Shown in pieces: positions 7,969-16,498 of a DNA stretch of 39,185 nt (position 1 is the stretch's first letter; the number at the start of each line of letters is the position of its first letter). The translations under genes were made by a program, and so were the position numbers. Under the pieces are notes generated by a model. It made no database searches, was not told where the DNA came from, and saw nothing but the letters and a program-made list of their open reading frames with translations. The stretch spans positions 1 through 39,185 of IMG/VR virus record IMGVR_UViG_3300049139_000186. One strand, 5' to 3'. This stretch comes from a virus. Lineage: Duplodnaviria; Caudoviricetes.

Positions 7969-8228
7969 CCGGACGGATCCTGCACGAGCCTGGATCACCA
8001 CCCCACACCTGCGCGATCCCGGGTGGCGTGTTCGGCGTCGTCTCAACCCTCCACCGCGAGGGCACGGTCTGGGAGTGCGACTGCGAGACCGTGTGGGTTG
8101 TGGTCCGTGTGCCGGCAGCCGACTACGGCACACAGCGGATCGTCGCCCACAACGAGTGGCGCCGCGAGACCCGGAAGCAGCGGCGTAGTCGTCTCGGGCT
8201 GCATTGGTGGCAGAGGGAGGCGCGGTGA
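7965..8228 (+). CDS. Hypothetical phage protein (HxC...WECDC motif)
   Basis: RBS GAGGAG, coupled. Confidence 0.65.
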   Translation: MTGRILHEPGSPPHTCAIPGGVFGVVSTLHREGTVWECDCETVWVVVRVPAADYGTQRIVAHNEWRRETRKQRRSRLGLHWWQREAR

Positions 8229-8587
8229 AGCCGTCGATCCGGAAGCAGGACGGCCGTTGGCTCGTGTCCAGGCCGGGCTACGGCTTCTGCCCACCCACTG
8301 TGGACGAGTACACGTCGTGGCGTGAGGCGGTGGGGTCGCTGAGGTCTGGGCCGGGCTCTGCGGGTGCTCTTGTGGAGCGTGGCCAGGACTCGCAGGGTGT
8401 GTTCAACCGGTACTGGCGTCAGCGGGGCACTATCCGGATGGAGGACAGCATGGCAACGACAGGTGGCGGACATCCCCGATCGCACGATGGCCAGCGGCAC
8501 GAGGAGCCGGAAGTGGGGCCAGTGACGCCGAGTGGTGTGTCGAGCGCCGGCGAGAGTGCGGAGCGGGTCCGGATGGAGGACACATGA
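8225..8587 (+). CDS. Hypothetical phage protein (possibly two fused ORFs)
   Basis: GTGA-coupled; internal RBS+ATG at 8450. Confidence 0.55.
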   Translation: MKPSIRKQDGRWLVSRPGYGFCPPTVDEYTSWREAVGSLRSGPGSAGALVERGQDSQGVFNRYWRQRGTIRMEDSMATTGGGHPRSHDGQRHEEPEVGPVTPSGVSSAGESAERVRMEDT

Positions 8588-9063
8588 CCGACTGGGACGG
8601 GATGAGCGAGGACGAGATCCAGGCACGCATCGAAGAGATGCACTCGGTCCTCCAACTTCGCGCGGCGATCGAGGAGACAGAGCAGATCGAGCGGGCGGCG
8701 GTTGAGACCCCTGCCTTCTCGTGGCCACCGATGCCGGGCACTGAGCACCCATGGATGGAACGCTCAGCAGCGACGGTGCGCCACTTCATGGCCGAGGGGC
8801 GCCACACGGTCGCTGTGGCGCCCCCGCGAACGCCGCACTATCGGTTCATCTCAGCGGCGGATGCGGACCCGATGGAGCCACCGCCTGACCCGGTGATCCT
8901 GAACGTCCGCAGGGTCGCAGCACCCGCCCCGTGGTCGGGTGAGCCGTTCGCGTACATGTGGCGGGTCGCTGTCGACAACATGAATCGGTGGGTCGCCGAC
9001 GACGCTCAGACGGTCCCGGGCGAGCCGAAGAGTTGGGCGTCGACCCCATGGAGGCCTCGGTGA
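8584..9063 (+). CDS. Hypothetical phage protein
   Basis: RBS GGAGGA, ATGA coupling. Confidence 0.65.
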   Translation: MTDWDGMSEDEIQARIEEMHSVLQLRAAIEETEQIERAAVETPAFSWPPMPGTEHPWMERSAATVRHFMAEGRHTVAVAPPRTPHYRFISAADADPMEPPPDPVILNVRRVAAPAPWSGEPFAYMWRVAVDNMNRWVADDAQTVPGEPKSWASTPWRPR

Positions 9064-9770
9064 CTGCCCCTAGTGATCCCCGTCTTCTTCACAAGACGAT
9101 GGAAGAGGTCCGAGACGCCCTCCACGACCTGTGTGACGTGCAAGTCAGGTCGGTGTGGCGTGAGGACGGCACCGTCACCCGCCACGAGGGCTTGTCGCTG
9201 CTGGACCAACTGCGGGATGAGGTGGCGAACTCGTCGAGCCGCGGCGGCCGGCGCCGGTCCTCGAACTCAAGTCCGCTCGCGGTGGACGCCCTGGATCTGT
9301 GGAACACGATCGGCGCGGGCATGACGGAGTTGTGTTCCGAGTTCGACGCGCACAGCGAGGCACCGGGTATCGAAGCCGGCCTGCGCGCGACGGTCGCCGC
9401 AGCGGGCGGCTCGACGGACCTCGAAGCCCTGCTGGGTCTGCGTGCCTTCCTGCGCGCGTGGGTGAACAGCATTCGCACCCTCCTCGATCCACCGAAGCGG
9501 GTACCGCTGTGGGGCCACGCCTGCCCTGTGGACGTGTGTGGGGAGCGGACGGTGTGGCGGGTCGACGAGTCCGACGGCGAGTTGAAGCGGGCGGCGGCGC
9601 TGGAGGCGGCGTTGGCGGAGAACACCCGCGGCGACCTCGAAGTCACCGAGGTGCGGTGTCTGGCGTGCGCTGAGCCGTGGCCGAGGGCCAAGCTGTACTT
9701 CCTTGCCCGCTTGTTGGGGTGCGAATTGCCGGGTGTCGAGAACGAGGAGACGGGGGAACCAGCAGCATGA
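9060..9770 (+). CDS. Phage protein with C-terminal zinc ribbon; candidate late-gene regulator
   Basis: SLLDQLRDEV...PLAVDALDL...CPVDVC...CLAC; lies near the end of the early operon, just before the late promoter. Confidence 0.65.
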   Translation: MTAPSDPRLLHKTMEEVRDALHDLCDVQVRSVWREDGTVTRHEGLSLLDQLRDEVANSSSRGGRRRSSNSSPLAVDALDLWNTIGAGMTELCSEFDAHSEAPGIEAGLRATVAAAGGSTDLEALLGLRAFLRAWVNSIRTLLDPPKRVPLWGHACPVDVCGERTVWRVDESDGELKRAAALEAALAENTRGDLEVTEVRCLACAEPWPRAKLYFLARLLGCELPGVENEETGEPAA

Positions 9771-10192
9771 GTACCGACCTGGCGGCGTGGCTGCTGGAGC
9801 AGATCACCGAAGACGAGCAGGTCGCGCGTGAGACGAACGATCAGATGATGCCCCGTTACGACTGGGAGGTTCGCGAGACACACCCCGAGAAGCTGCCCAG
9901 TGTGTTCGCCGCTGGCGAGATCTATTTCGTTGTCCATGAGGTCTACGACGAGGCCGCCCACCACATCGCTCGATGGGATCCTGCTCGGGTGCTGTCCGAG
10001 TGCGACGCCAAACGGCGGCTCATCGAGTTGCACTCCCGAGACGGCGGTAGCGGATACTGCCGGCTCTGCGAATCGACCGACCCGACCGAGACCGACGGAT
10101 CTCACTGGGTGCTCTACCCCTGCCGGACTCTCCGCTCGCTGGCCCTGCCGTACGCGGACCGTCCGGGCTACCGCGAGGACTGGCGACTATGA
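9767..10192 (+). CDS. DUF6221-family protein
   Basis: DLAAWLLEQITEDE...HIARWDPARVLSECDAKRRLI...PCRTLRSLALPYADRPGYREDW signature. Confidence 0.85.
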   Translation: MSTDLAAWLLEQITEDEQVARETNDQMMPRYDWEVRETHPEKLPSVFAAGEIYFVVHEVYDEAAHHIARWDPARVLSECDAKRRLIELHSRDGGSGYCRLCESTDPTETDGSHWVLYPCRTLRSLALPYADRPGYREDWRL

Positions 10193-10386
10193 CGGAGTTC
10201 GTGCGCATCGCCCACCCAAACGTCAAGCAGACCGCTGAGTGTCCTGTGAAGGCGCTTGATCATTGGCGGCAGTCTGGCTGGTACCCGATCGACCCGGAGC
10301 ATCAGACACCCACAGAGATGGTGGAGCAGCGTGTCAGGGATCTGGAGCATCAGGCGCAGCTCGGGGTTGTCGCAGACACGCCGTGA
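10189..10386 (+). CDS. Hypothetical protein, paralogous to 23271..23555
   Basis: FVRIAHP...TAECPV...HW...GW...DP motif. Confidence 0.7.
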   Translation: MTEFVRIAHPNVKQTAECPVKALDHWRQSGWYPIDPEHQTPTEMVEQRVRDLEHQAQLGVVADTP

Positions 10387-10392
10387 CTGACC

Positions 10393-10449
10393 TGTGTGGA
10401 TAACCAGCGGGTGATCGGCTAATCTGACGGCACACACCACCCGTGTGCC
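10393..10449 (+). promoter_or_regulatory. Putative late-operon promoter and leader hairpin
   Basis: -10-like TAATCT 10420-10425, hairpin GGCACAC/GTGTGCC 10429-10449, DnaA-box-like TGTGGATAA 10395-10403; first real intergenic gap after ~7 kb of tightly packed genes. Confidence 0.55.
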
Positions 10450-10450
10450 C

Positions 10451-10489
10451 AGACCCAGGAGCCACCAGGCCCTGGGTCTTTGTCGTGTT
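10451..10489 (+). terminator. Intrinsic terminator-like hairpin in the late leader
   Basis: AGACCCAGG...CCTGGGTCT followed by TTGTCGTGTT. Confidence 0.6.
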
Positions 10490-10505
10490 CAGGGGGTGGT
10501 TCCCC

Positions 10506-10700
10506 ATGTTCGTCCGAACCAACCGTTACCCAGAGGTCGCGACGCTCCGCCAGTGCATCGAGCGCGCCGAGGAGCAGATCAACACCGCCCTCGACCATCG
10601 TGACCGGAAGGCGTTCAAGGTGTGGTCTCTGCGCCGCTCCTCTCTGTGCGGACGTCTGTCCACCCTCCTGCTCAAGATCGCCCAAGCTCCGGAGGTGTGA
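10506..10700 (+). CDS. Hypothetical protein
   Basis: RBS GGGGGTGG before ATG 10506. Confidence 0.6.
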   Translation: MFVRTNRYPEVATLRQCIERAEEQINTALDHRDRKAFKVWSLRRSSLCGRLSTLLLKIAQAPEV

Positions 10701-10701
10701 C

Positions 10702-10845
10702 GTGCTGCGTGCCCTGCTCATCCCCCTCGCTGTCCTCTGTGCCGGGCTCGGTGTCCTCATCGGCGGCAGAGTCGGCAACGGCCTGGTCATCGCAGGCACG
10801 GTCCTCGCGGGCGTCGCCACCGTCCTCATCCTCATCGAAGCCTGA
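10702..10845 (+). CDS. Small two-TM membrane protein
   Basis: RBS GGAGGTG; two hydrophobic segments. Confidence 0.6.
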   Translation: MLRALLIPLAVLCAGLGVLIGGRVGNGLVIAGTVLAGVATVLILIEA

Positions 10846-10863
10846 CCCAAAGGGAGCACCACG

Positions 10864-11367
10864 ATGGCGCTGAACACCCGCCTCAACGTCCAGTTGGACG
10901 CGACGCAGACCGGCGCCCTCGACCTGGTCTCCCTCACCGCCCCGCTCTCCGTCGCGTTCCGCAAGCAGCTCACGAACGGCACGGGTGCGAACCAGGCCGA
11001 CGTGGTGTGGTCGGACCAGCGTGAGGTCGCCGCTTCGGCCACCGACTCGCTCGACCTGGCGGGGTCCCTGACCGGGGCGTTCGGCGCGGCTCTGTCGTTC
11101 GCCCGCATCAAGCTGGTGATGGTGAAGGCAGCCGCGGGCAACGTGAACAACGTGAACGTCACCCGCCCCGCCAGCAACGGTGTCTCGTTGTTCCTCGCCG
11201 CAGGCGACGGGATCGCCGTGCGACCGGGCGGGATGTTCTGCTGGGTCGCACCCGACGCGACGGGCGTGGCGGTCACCGCAGGCACGGGTGACTTGGTCGA
11301 CATCGTGAACTCGGGGGCTGGGTCGAGCGTGGTGTACGACATCGTCATCGTCGGCGCCAGCGCGTGA
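10864..11367 (+). CDS. Probable virion-associated beta-rich protein
   Basis: Strong RBS AAGGGAG; A/G/T/V-rich composition typical of structural proteins. Confidence 0.7.
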   Translation: MALNTRLNVQLDATQTGALDLVSLTAPLSVAFRKQLTNGTGANQADVVWSDQREVAASATDSLDLAGSLTGAFGAALSFARIKLVMVKAAAGNVNNVNVTRPASNGVSLFLAAGDGIAVRPGGMFCWVAPDATGVAVTAGTGDLVDIVNSGAGSSVVYDIVIVGASA

Positions 11368-11621
11368 CCGCGGCCAAGACCACCCACGCTGTCCGCTTCA
11401 CCTCCGACGGCGTCAGCGGCGCGGTCACCGTCGATGGTGTGGATGTGTCCAGCGCCGTGCGTGGTGTCCGCATCAACGCGTCCGCGGGCGAGCTGGTGTC
11501 AGTCGAGCTCGACGTGATCGCGGTCGAGGTGGACATGGTCGGCGCCGAGACAGACGTGCTCCTGCCGGACGCGACCCGGGACCTGCTGATCAGGCTGGGC
11601 TGGACTCCTCCCACTGCATGA
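11364..11621 (+). CDS. Hypothetical phage protein
   Basis: GAVTVDGVDVSSAVRGVRINASAGE motif; coupled. Confidence 0.7.
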   Translation: MTAAKTTHAVRFTSDGVSGAVTVDGVDVSSAVRGVRINASAGELVSVELDVIAVEVDMVGAETDVLLPDATRDLLIRLGWTPPTA

Positions 11622-11680
11622 TCGTTCTTGCCCGGACTCCCGGGGAAACACTCGCATCTGCAAATGAGGGGGGAGGGATC

Positions 11681-11905
11681 ATGAGCCAGACCATCGAGCT
11701 GGAATCCATCAGGCGGCTGGACATCAAGCCGGGGGAGATCTTGGTGGCCACCCTCCCCAGGCGGGCCACCCAGGAGCACGCCTCCTTCGCGCACGCCCAG
11801 TTGAAGGCCAACCTGCCCGACGGTGTCGAAGTCCTCGTTGTCACCGCCGACGTCGACCTCAGTGTGTTGTGCCCTCCAAGCCCTGCCTCTCCTGCGGACA
11901 CCTGA
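11681..11905 (+). CDS. Hypothetical phage protein
   Basis: RBS GGAGGG; IRRLDIKPGEILV motif. Confidence 0.65.
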   Translation: MSQTIELESIRRLDIKPGEILVATLPRRATQEHASFAHAQLKANLPDGVEVLVVTADVDLSVLCPPSPASPADT

Positions 11906-12198
11906 CCACCGACGGTGGCAGGCACCGCGGGTGCCAGGTAGCCCACGAGCGTCAGCGTCTACGCGCGAAGCGAATCGTCCGTCCGTACACGTGGCAGGAG
12001 CAGCAGCGCAGGGCCAAGTCCGTAGCCGACTGGGTCACCGTGCACGGCTGGTTCTGTCCAGGTTGGAAGCGACCAGCACACGAGTCCCACGATCTCACAG
12101 CTGATCACATCCACGCTGTGGCAGCAGGTGGAGCCGAGGCAGGCGAGCTACGCGTGCTGTGTCGATCATGCAACAGCGCCAAACGCGACCGACAATGA
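11869..12198 (+). CDS. HNH endonuclease (packaging-associated, HK97 gp74-like)
   Basis: CLSC...LTADHIH...LRVLCRSCNSAK; directly upstream of terminase. Confidence 0.9.
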   Translation: MPSKPCLSCGHLTTDGGRHRGCQVAHERQRLRAKRIVRPYTWQEQQRRAKSVADWVTVHGWFCPGWKRPAHESHDLTADHIHAVAAGGAEAGELRVLCRSCNSAKRDRQ

Positions 12199-12345
12199 TC
12201 CACATGAAGATCGACTGGAGGGTAGGGGGGCACCCTATCGTCGCAGGTCACAGCCCTAAGCCCCTGACCCGTCGCCGCTGCCCGTTCACACGCTCAGAAC
12301 TTTGAGGAGATCGCCAGGGCCAGATCACACCTGGTGAGGGGGTGT
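12199..12345. other. Probable cos (packaging) site region
   Basis: Non-coding gap between HNH and TerS with a GGGTAGGGGG tract, the usual cos location in HK97-like phages; exact cut site not determined. Confidence 0.5.
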
Positions 12346-12350
12346 TGAGC

Positions 12351-12977
12351 ATGGGTCGCCCTCCGAAACCGGTTGAGCAGAAGGCCTTGTCGGGTCGCTC
12401 CGCCGGCCGGGACTCGGGTGGCCGGCCGCTCCCGGAGACGGTGGTCGAGCTGCCATCGGCGAACGGGATTCCGAGCCCGCCCGATGCGCTGTTCACGGCG
12501 GAGCGGTCGCGGTCGTGCACGTTCCAGCCAGATGATCCGCGGTCCGACGACGAGGGCTGTGACATCTGCGAGGCGGACATTGCGGTCGCGGTGTGGCGGG
12601 AGATGTGGACGCAGGGGCAGGCGTGGCTGTCGGTGCAGCGGGACCGCCGGATCTTGGAGCGGCTGTGCAAGGCCTACGTCGAGGAGGCCCACCTGCGGTG
12701 GGCGCTCGAGGAGGACGGGCCGTTCGTGAAGGGCCAGCGCGGCGGCCTGGTCGCCCATCCCGCCGTGGCGATGCTGCGCGTTCTTGAGCAGCAGATCACG
12801 AAATGGGAGGGGCTTTGTGGCTTCAATCCCTCCGACGGTGGACGGCTCGGCGTCAAGGTCGGCAAGAACAAGGGCGCCAGCGACGCCGAAACGGTCCTCG
12901 CTCGACGGGCGCACCGCCGGGCAACTCGTGCTGCCGAGCGTCCTACCCGCACGCGTCGGGCTGCGAGCGGCGACTGA
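12351..12977 (+). CDS. Terminase small subunit (P27 family)
   Basis: MGRPPKPVEQKAL...AHPAV...CGFNPSDGGRL. Confidence 0.9.
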   Translation: MGRPPKPVEQKALSGRSAGRDSGGRPLPETVVELPSANGIPSPPDALFTAERSRSCTFQPDDPRSDDEGCDICEADIAVAVWREMWTQGQAWLSVQRDRRILERLCKAYVEEAHLRWALEEDGPFVKGQRGGLVAHPAVAMLRVLEQQITKWEGLCGFNPSDGGRLGVKVGKNKGASDAETVLARRAHRRATRAAERPTRTRRAASGD

Positions 12978-14550
12978 CATCGGTGATGGGGTCCGCCTTC
13001 CGAAAGGGTCCCCACCGCGGTTCGCGAATGAGCTTCCCCGAGGCCCGGAGTTGTGGGTCCCGGAGGACACACTGTGGACCGAGGACAACACCGACGGGCT
13101 CGACGCCTGTGACTTGATCGAGTCCTATGTGAGGTTGACGAAGGGTCCGGCCGCGGGGCAGTTGATGGAGCTGCGGATGTGGCAGGGCGACCTCGTCTGC
13201 GATGTCCTCCGGCTGGATGTGGACGGGTTCCGGGTGTACTGGACCTACCTGGTCCTGGTCAGCCGGAAGAACTCCAAGAGTCTGCTCGGCGCGGGGTTCG
13301 CGATCGACGGCCTGTTGGACGAGCCGGGCGCGGAGGTGTACTCGTGCGCCGGCGACAAAGACCAAGCGAAGCTGATCTTCGCTGAGGTCCGCAAGACGAT
13401 CGAGGCTTCGCCTGACCTGGATGCGAGCCAAGGCGGGCTGTTCAAGGTGTACCGGGACGCGATCGAGTACCCGGCAGAGTCGAGCGTCTACAAAGCCCTG
13501 TCGGCGGAGGCGTTCACCAAGGAAGGCCTCAACCCCTCACGGGTGCTGTTTGACGAACTCCATGCCCAGCCGAACTGGGAGCTGTGGAACGTCATGAACC
13601 AGGGCTCCGACACTCGGGAACAGCCGCTGGTGTTGGCGATCTCCACGTTCGGGGTGATGACCGACTCGACGGGGCAAACGTCGGTGTGCAAGGCACAACA
13701 CGAGTACGTCGAAACGATCATGTCGGGCGAGGTAACCGACCCGCGGTTCGGAGCGCGGATCTACGCGACCACCGCCCACCGCGCCAAGGGCTTCAACTAC
13801 CGGGACCCGCGGAACTGGGCGCCGTCCAATCCGGCGCTCGGTGACTTCCTGCACCTCGACAAGATGCAGGCGGCTTGCCGGAAGATGCCGGAGGCCGACT
13901 TCAAGACCAAGCGCCTGAACATCTGGGTGGTCTCCTCGACGCCGTGGCTGCCGGATGGCGCCTGGACGACGTGCGAAGACCCCGACCGGGTGATCGCCGA
14001 CCACGCGCGGGTCGTGATCGCCTTCGACGGTTCCAAATCTGGGGACTGCACCGCGATCACCGTGACCTCGATCGAGGAGCGTCCGCACCTCGATGTGGTG
14101 GGTCTGTGGGAGAAGGACCCGCAGGACCAGAACTGGCGGGTGCCGCGCGCCGAAGTGAAGGACGTGATCCGCGAAGCGTGCCGGCGCTGGGATGTCGTGG
14201 AGATCGCCTGGGATGAGTACCTGTGGCTGGACGCTGCCGAGGAACTCGAGGAAGAGGGCCTGCCGGTTGCGGTGTTCCCGCAAACCATGCAGCGCATGGG
14301 GCCGGCCACCCAGCGGTTCTACGAGCTCGTGGTGGACGAGGGATTAACGCACTCGGGTGATCCACGACTGGCGCGGCATGTCGCGAACACGATCCTAAAG
14401 CGGGATTCGCGTGGCGCGCGGATCGTCAAGGACAAGCCAGACAGCCCCCGAAAGATCGACCTCGCCGTGTGCGGGGTCATGGGGGTCGAACGCGCCGCTT
14501 GGCACGTCCGCAACGACGTTGGAAGCACACCGTGGGCACTGCACGCCTGA
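12928..14550 (+). CDS. Terminase large subunit (start uncertain)
   Basis: Walker A-like SRKNSKS, Walker B VLFDELH, ISTFG coupling motif, nuclease AFDGS...KIDLAV. Confidence 0.95.
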   Translation: MLPSVLPARVGLRAATDIGDGVRLPKGSPPRFANELPRGPELWVPEDTLWTEDNTDGLDACDLIESYVRLTKGPAAGQLMELRMWQGDLVCDVLRLDVDGFRVYWTYLVLVSRKNSKSLLGAGFAIDGLLDEPGAEVYSCAGDKDQAKLIFAEVRKTIEASPDLDASQGGLFKVYRDAIEYPAESSVYKALSAEAFTKEGLNPSRVLFDELHAQPNWELWNVMNQGSDTREQPLVLAISTFGVMTDSTGQTSVCKAQHEYVETIMSGEVTDPRFGARIYATTAHRAKGFNYRDPRNWAPSNPALGDFLHLDKMQAACRKMPEADFKTKRLNIWVVSSTPWLPDGAWTTCEDPDRVIADHARVVIAFDGSKSGDCTAITVTSIEERPHLDVVGLWEKDPQDQNWRVPRAEVKDVIREACRRWDVVEIAWDEYLWLDAAEELEEEGLPVAVFPQTMQRMGPATQRFYELVVDEGLTHSGDPRLARHVANTILKRDSRGARIVKDKPDSPRKIDLAVCGVMGVERAAWHVRNDVGSTPWALHA

Positions 14551-14574
14551 TGACGATCCGCAGAGGAGGCAGGC

Positions 14575-14811
14575 GTGACGGTCGCTGCTGAAGGCTTCGT
14601 CAACAAGGTCAACACCGAAGCCAGGGGCATCCACGTCGGCAGGCTGATCGCCGTGGCGTTCGCTGCGGTGTTCTTCGCGATCGGATGGTTGATCGCCAAA
14701 GCGTTCCTTGGCGTGGCGTGGGTGATCGCCGCGATCAAGGTCGGCTGGCTGGATGCCGGCGGCCCGGGAAGGAAGGCGACGGCCGAGCGTAAGCGGGTCG
14801 GCGGCGCCTGA
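14575..14811 (+). CDS. Small membrane protein upstream of portal
   Basis: RBS GAGGAGG; long hydrophobic stretch. Confidence 0.75.
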   Translation: MTVAAEGFVNKVNTEARGIHVGRLIAVAFAAVFFAIGWLIAKAFLGVAWVIAAIKVGWLDAGGPGRKATAERKRVGGA

Positions 14812-16301
14812 TGGGTCTCCTGGAGCGGATCTCCGATGTCCGCGCGCCCGACACGGCGCGGTCGATCACGACCGTCGACGACTACCTCGGCGTCCTCAAC
14901 GAGTTCATGTTCCAGGGCAACACCTACGGGTTGGCCGATGTTCAGCAAACCCTGGGGTCGGAGCCGGCGGAGCGTATCCCGAACGATCTGGTCGGCTACG
15001 CGCAGGCGGCGTACATGGCCAACGGGCCAGTGTTCGCCTGCATGGCCGTTCGCCAGTTGATCTTCTCAGCGATCCGGTTCCAATGGCAGCAACTCTCCGA
15101 CGGATCCCCGAGCAGGATGTTCGGTTCCGCGGAGCTGGGGAAGCTGGAACGCCCCTGGTTCGGCGGCACCACCCAGGATCTGCTGAACAAAACGATCCAG
15201 TACGCCGACTTGGCCGGCAACAGCTACGCCATCGAGGACACTTCGTTCGCGAGAATCGACGGTGACGGCCAGTCCGAGCTTGTGGTGCTGCGCCCGGACT
15301 GGATGCAGATCGTTCTCAAGCCGCGGTTGATGGACGCCGGGAACGGCAAACGCGGCCAGGTCGGCTACCGCCGCATCGGCTACCTGTACACCGAGGGCGG
15401 TGTCCAGTCGGGGCACGAGTCGGTGCCATTCCTGCTGACCGAGGTCAGCCACTTCGCACCCCATCCGGACCCGCTGGGCGCGTGGCGTGGCATGTCCTGG
15501 CTGACGCCGGTGATCAGGGAACTGTCCAACGACAAGCTGATGACCCGCCATCAGCAGAAGTTCTTCGAGAACGGCGCCACCGTGAACATGGTGGTGAAGG
15601 TCGACAAGGACGTGAAGGTCGACGACTTCAAGAAGTTCAAGGCGATCATGGAGGCCGAGCACGTCGGCATCGAGAATGCCTACAAGATGCTCTTCCTCGG
15701 CGGCGGCGCAGACGCCACCGTGGTCGGTTCGAACTTCGACGACATGACGTTCACCGAGCTGGTTGGTGCCACTGAGACCCGAATCGCGGCGGCCGCGGGA
15801 GTGCCGCCGATCATCGCCGGTTTCGCCAAGGGCCTCGAGTCCGCCACCTACTCCAACTACGGCCAGGCCCGCCGGCGACTCGCTGACGGGACGATGCACC
15901 CGCTGTGGCAGAACGTCACAGGGTCGTTTGAGCCGCTGCTGCGGCGACCGGCCGGCGGGGACCGTGTCCGGCTCTGGTACGACGCCCACGATGTGCCGTT
16001 CCTGAGGGAAGACGAGAAGGACGCCGCGGAGATTCAGGGACGTCGAGCAGCGACGATCCGGGGTCTCGTCGACGCCGGTTACACCCCGGACTCCGTCGTC
16101 GCCGCCGTCGAGGCCAACGACTTCCGTTTGCTGGTCCACTCCGGCCTGTACTCCGTGCAGCTCCAGCCGCCCGGCACCGGTCAGCCACCGGTCACCGTCC
16201 GCGGTGAGGCGGTGGTCGCAGCCCTGATCACTCGCGGCTGGACCCCCGTCATCGCGCCGCCTGTTCAGCATCTCGAGCTTCTTCCAGGAGGAACCGCATG
16301 A
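14811..16301 (+). CDS. Portal protein (HK97 family)
   Basis: DLAGNSY, RGMSWLTP, FFENGA, RIAAAAGVPP, ATYSNY motifs. Confidence 0.95.
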   Translation: MGLLERISDVRAPDTARSITTVDDYLGVLNEFMFQGNTYGLADVQQTLGSEPAERIPNDLVGYAQAAYMANGPVFACMAVRQLIFSAIRFQWQQLSDGSPSRMFGSAELGKLERPWFGGTTQDLLNKTIQYADLAGNSYAIEDTSFARIDGDGQSELVVLRPDWMQIVLKPRLMDAGNGKRGQVGYRRIGYLYTEGGVQSGHESVPFLLTEVSHFAPHPDPLGAWRGMSWLTPVIRELSNDKLMTRHQQKFFENGATVNMVVKVDKDVKVDDFKKFKAIMEAEHVGIENAYKMLFLGGGADATVVGSNFDDMTFTELVGATETRIAAAAGVPPIIAGFAKGLESATYSNYGQARRRLADGTMHPLWQNVTGSFEPLLRRPAGGDRVRLWYDAHDVPFLREDEKDAAEIQGRRAATIRGLVDAGYTPDSVVAAVEANDFRLLVHSGLYSVQLQPPGTGQPPVTVRGEAVVAALITRGWTPVIAPPVQHLELLPGGTA

Positions 16302-16498
16302 GCGACGAAGCGCAGACATTGCTCGCGTCCGCGGAGTACGAGGAGGCGTTCAACGCGGTCATGTCCGGCACCGAGCTGGCGGCGCTGCCGCAGGCGCAGC
16401 GCGATCTCCTCGTGCGGGCACGGGATCTCACGAACACGCCGGCGCCGGGTTGGCCGATGCCGGCGAAGTATGACGCGACCAGGAGTGATCAGGGATGA
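16298..16498 (+). CDS. Hypothetical protein
   Basis: RBS AGGAGG; ATGA coupling on both sides. Confidence 0.65.
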   Translation: MSDEAQTLLASAEYEEAFNAVMSGTELAALPQAQRDLLVRARDLTNTPAPGWPMPAKYDATRSDQG

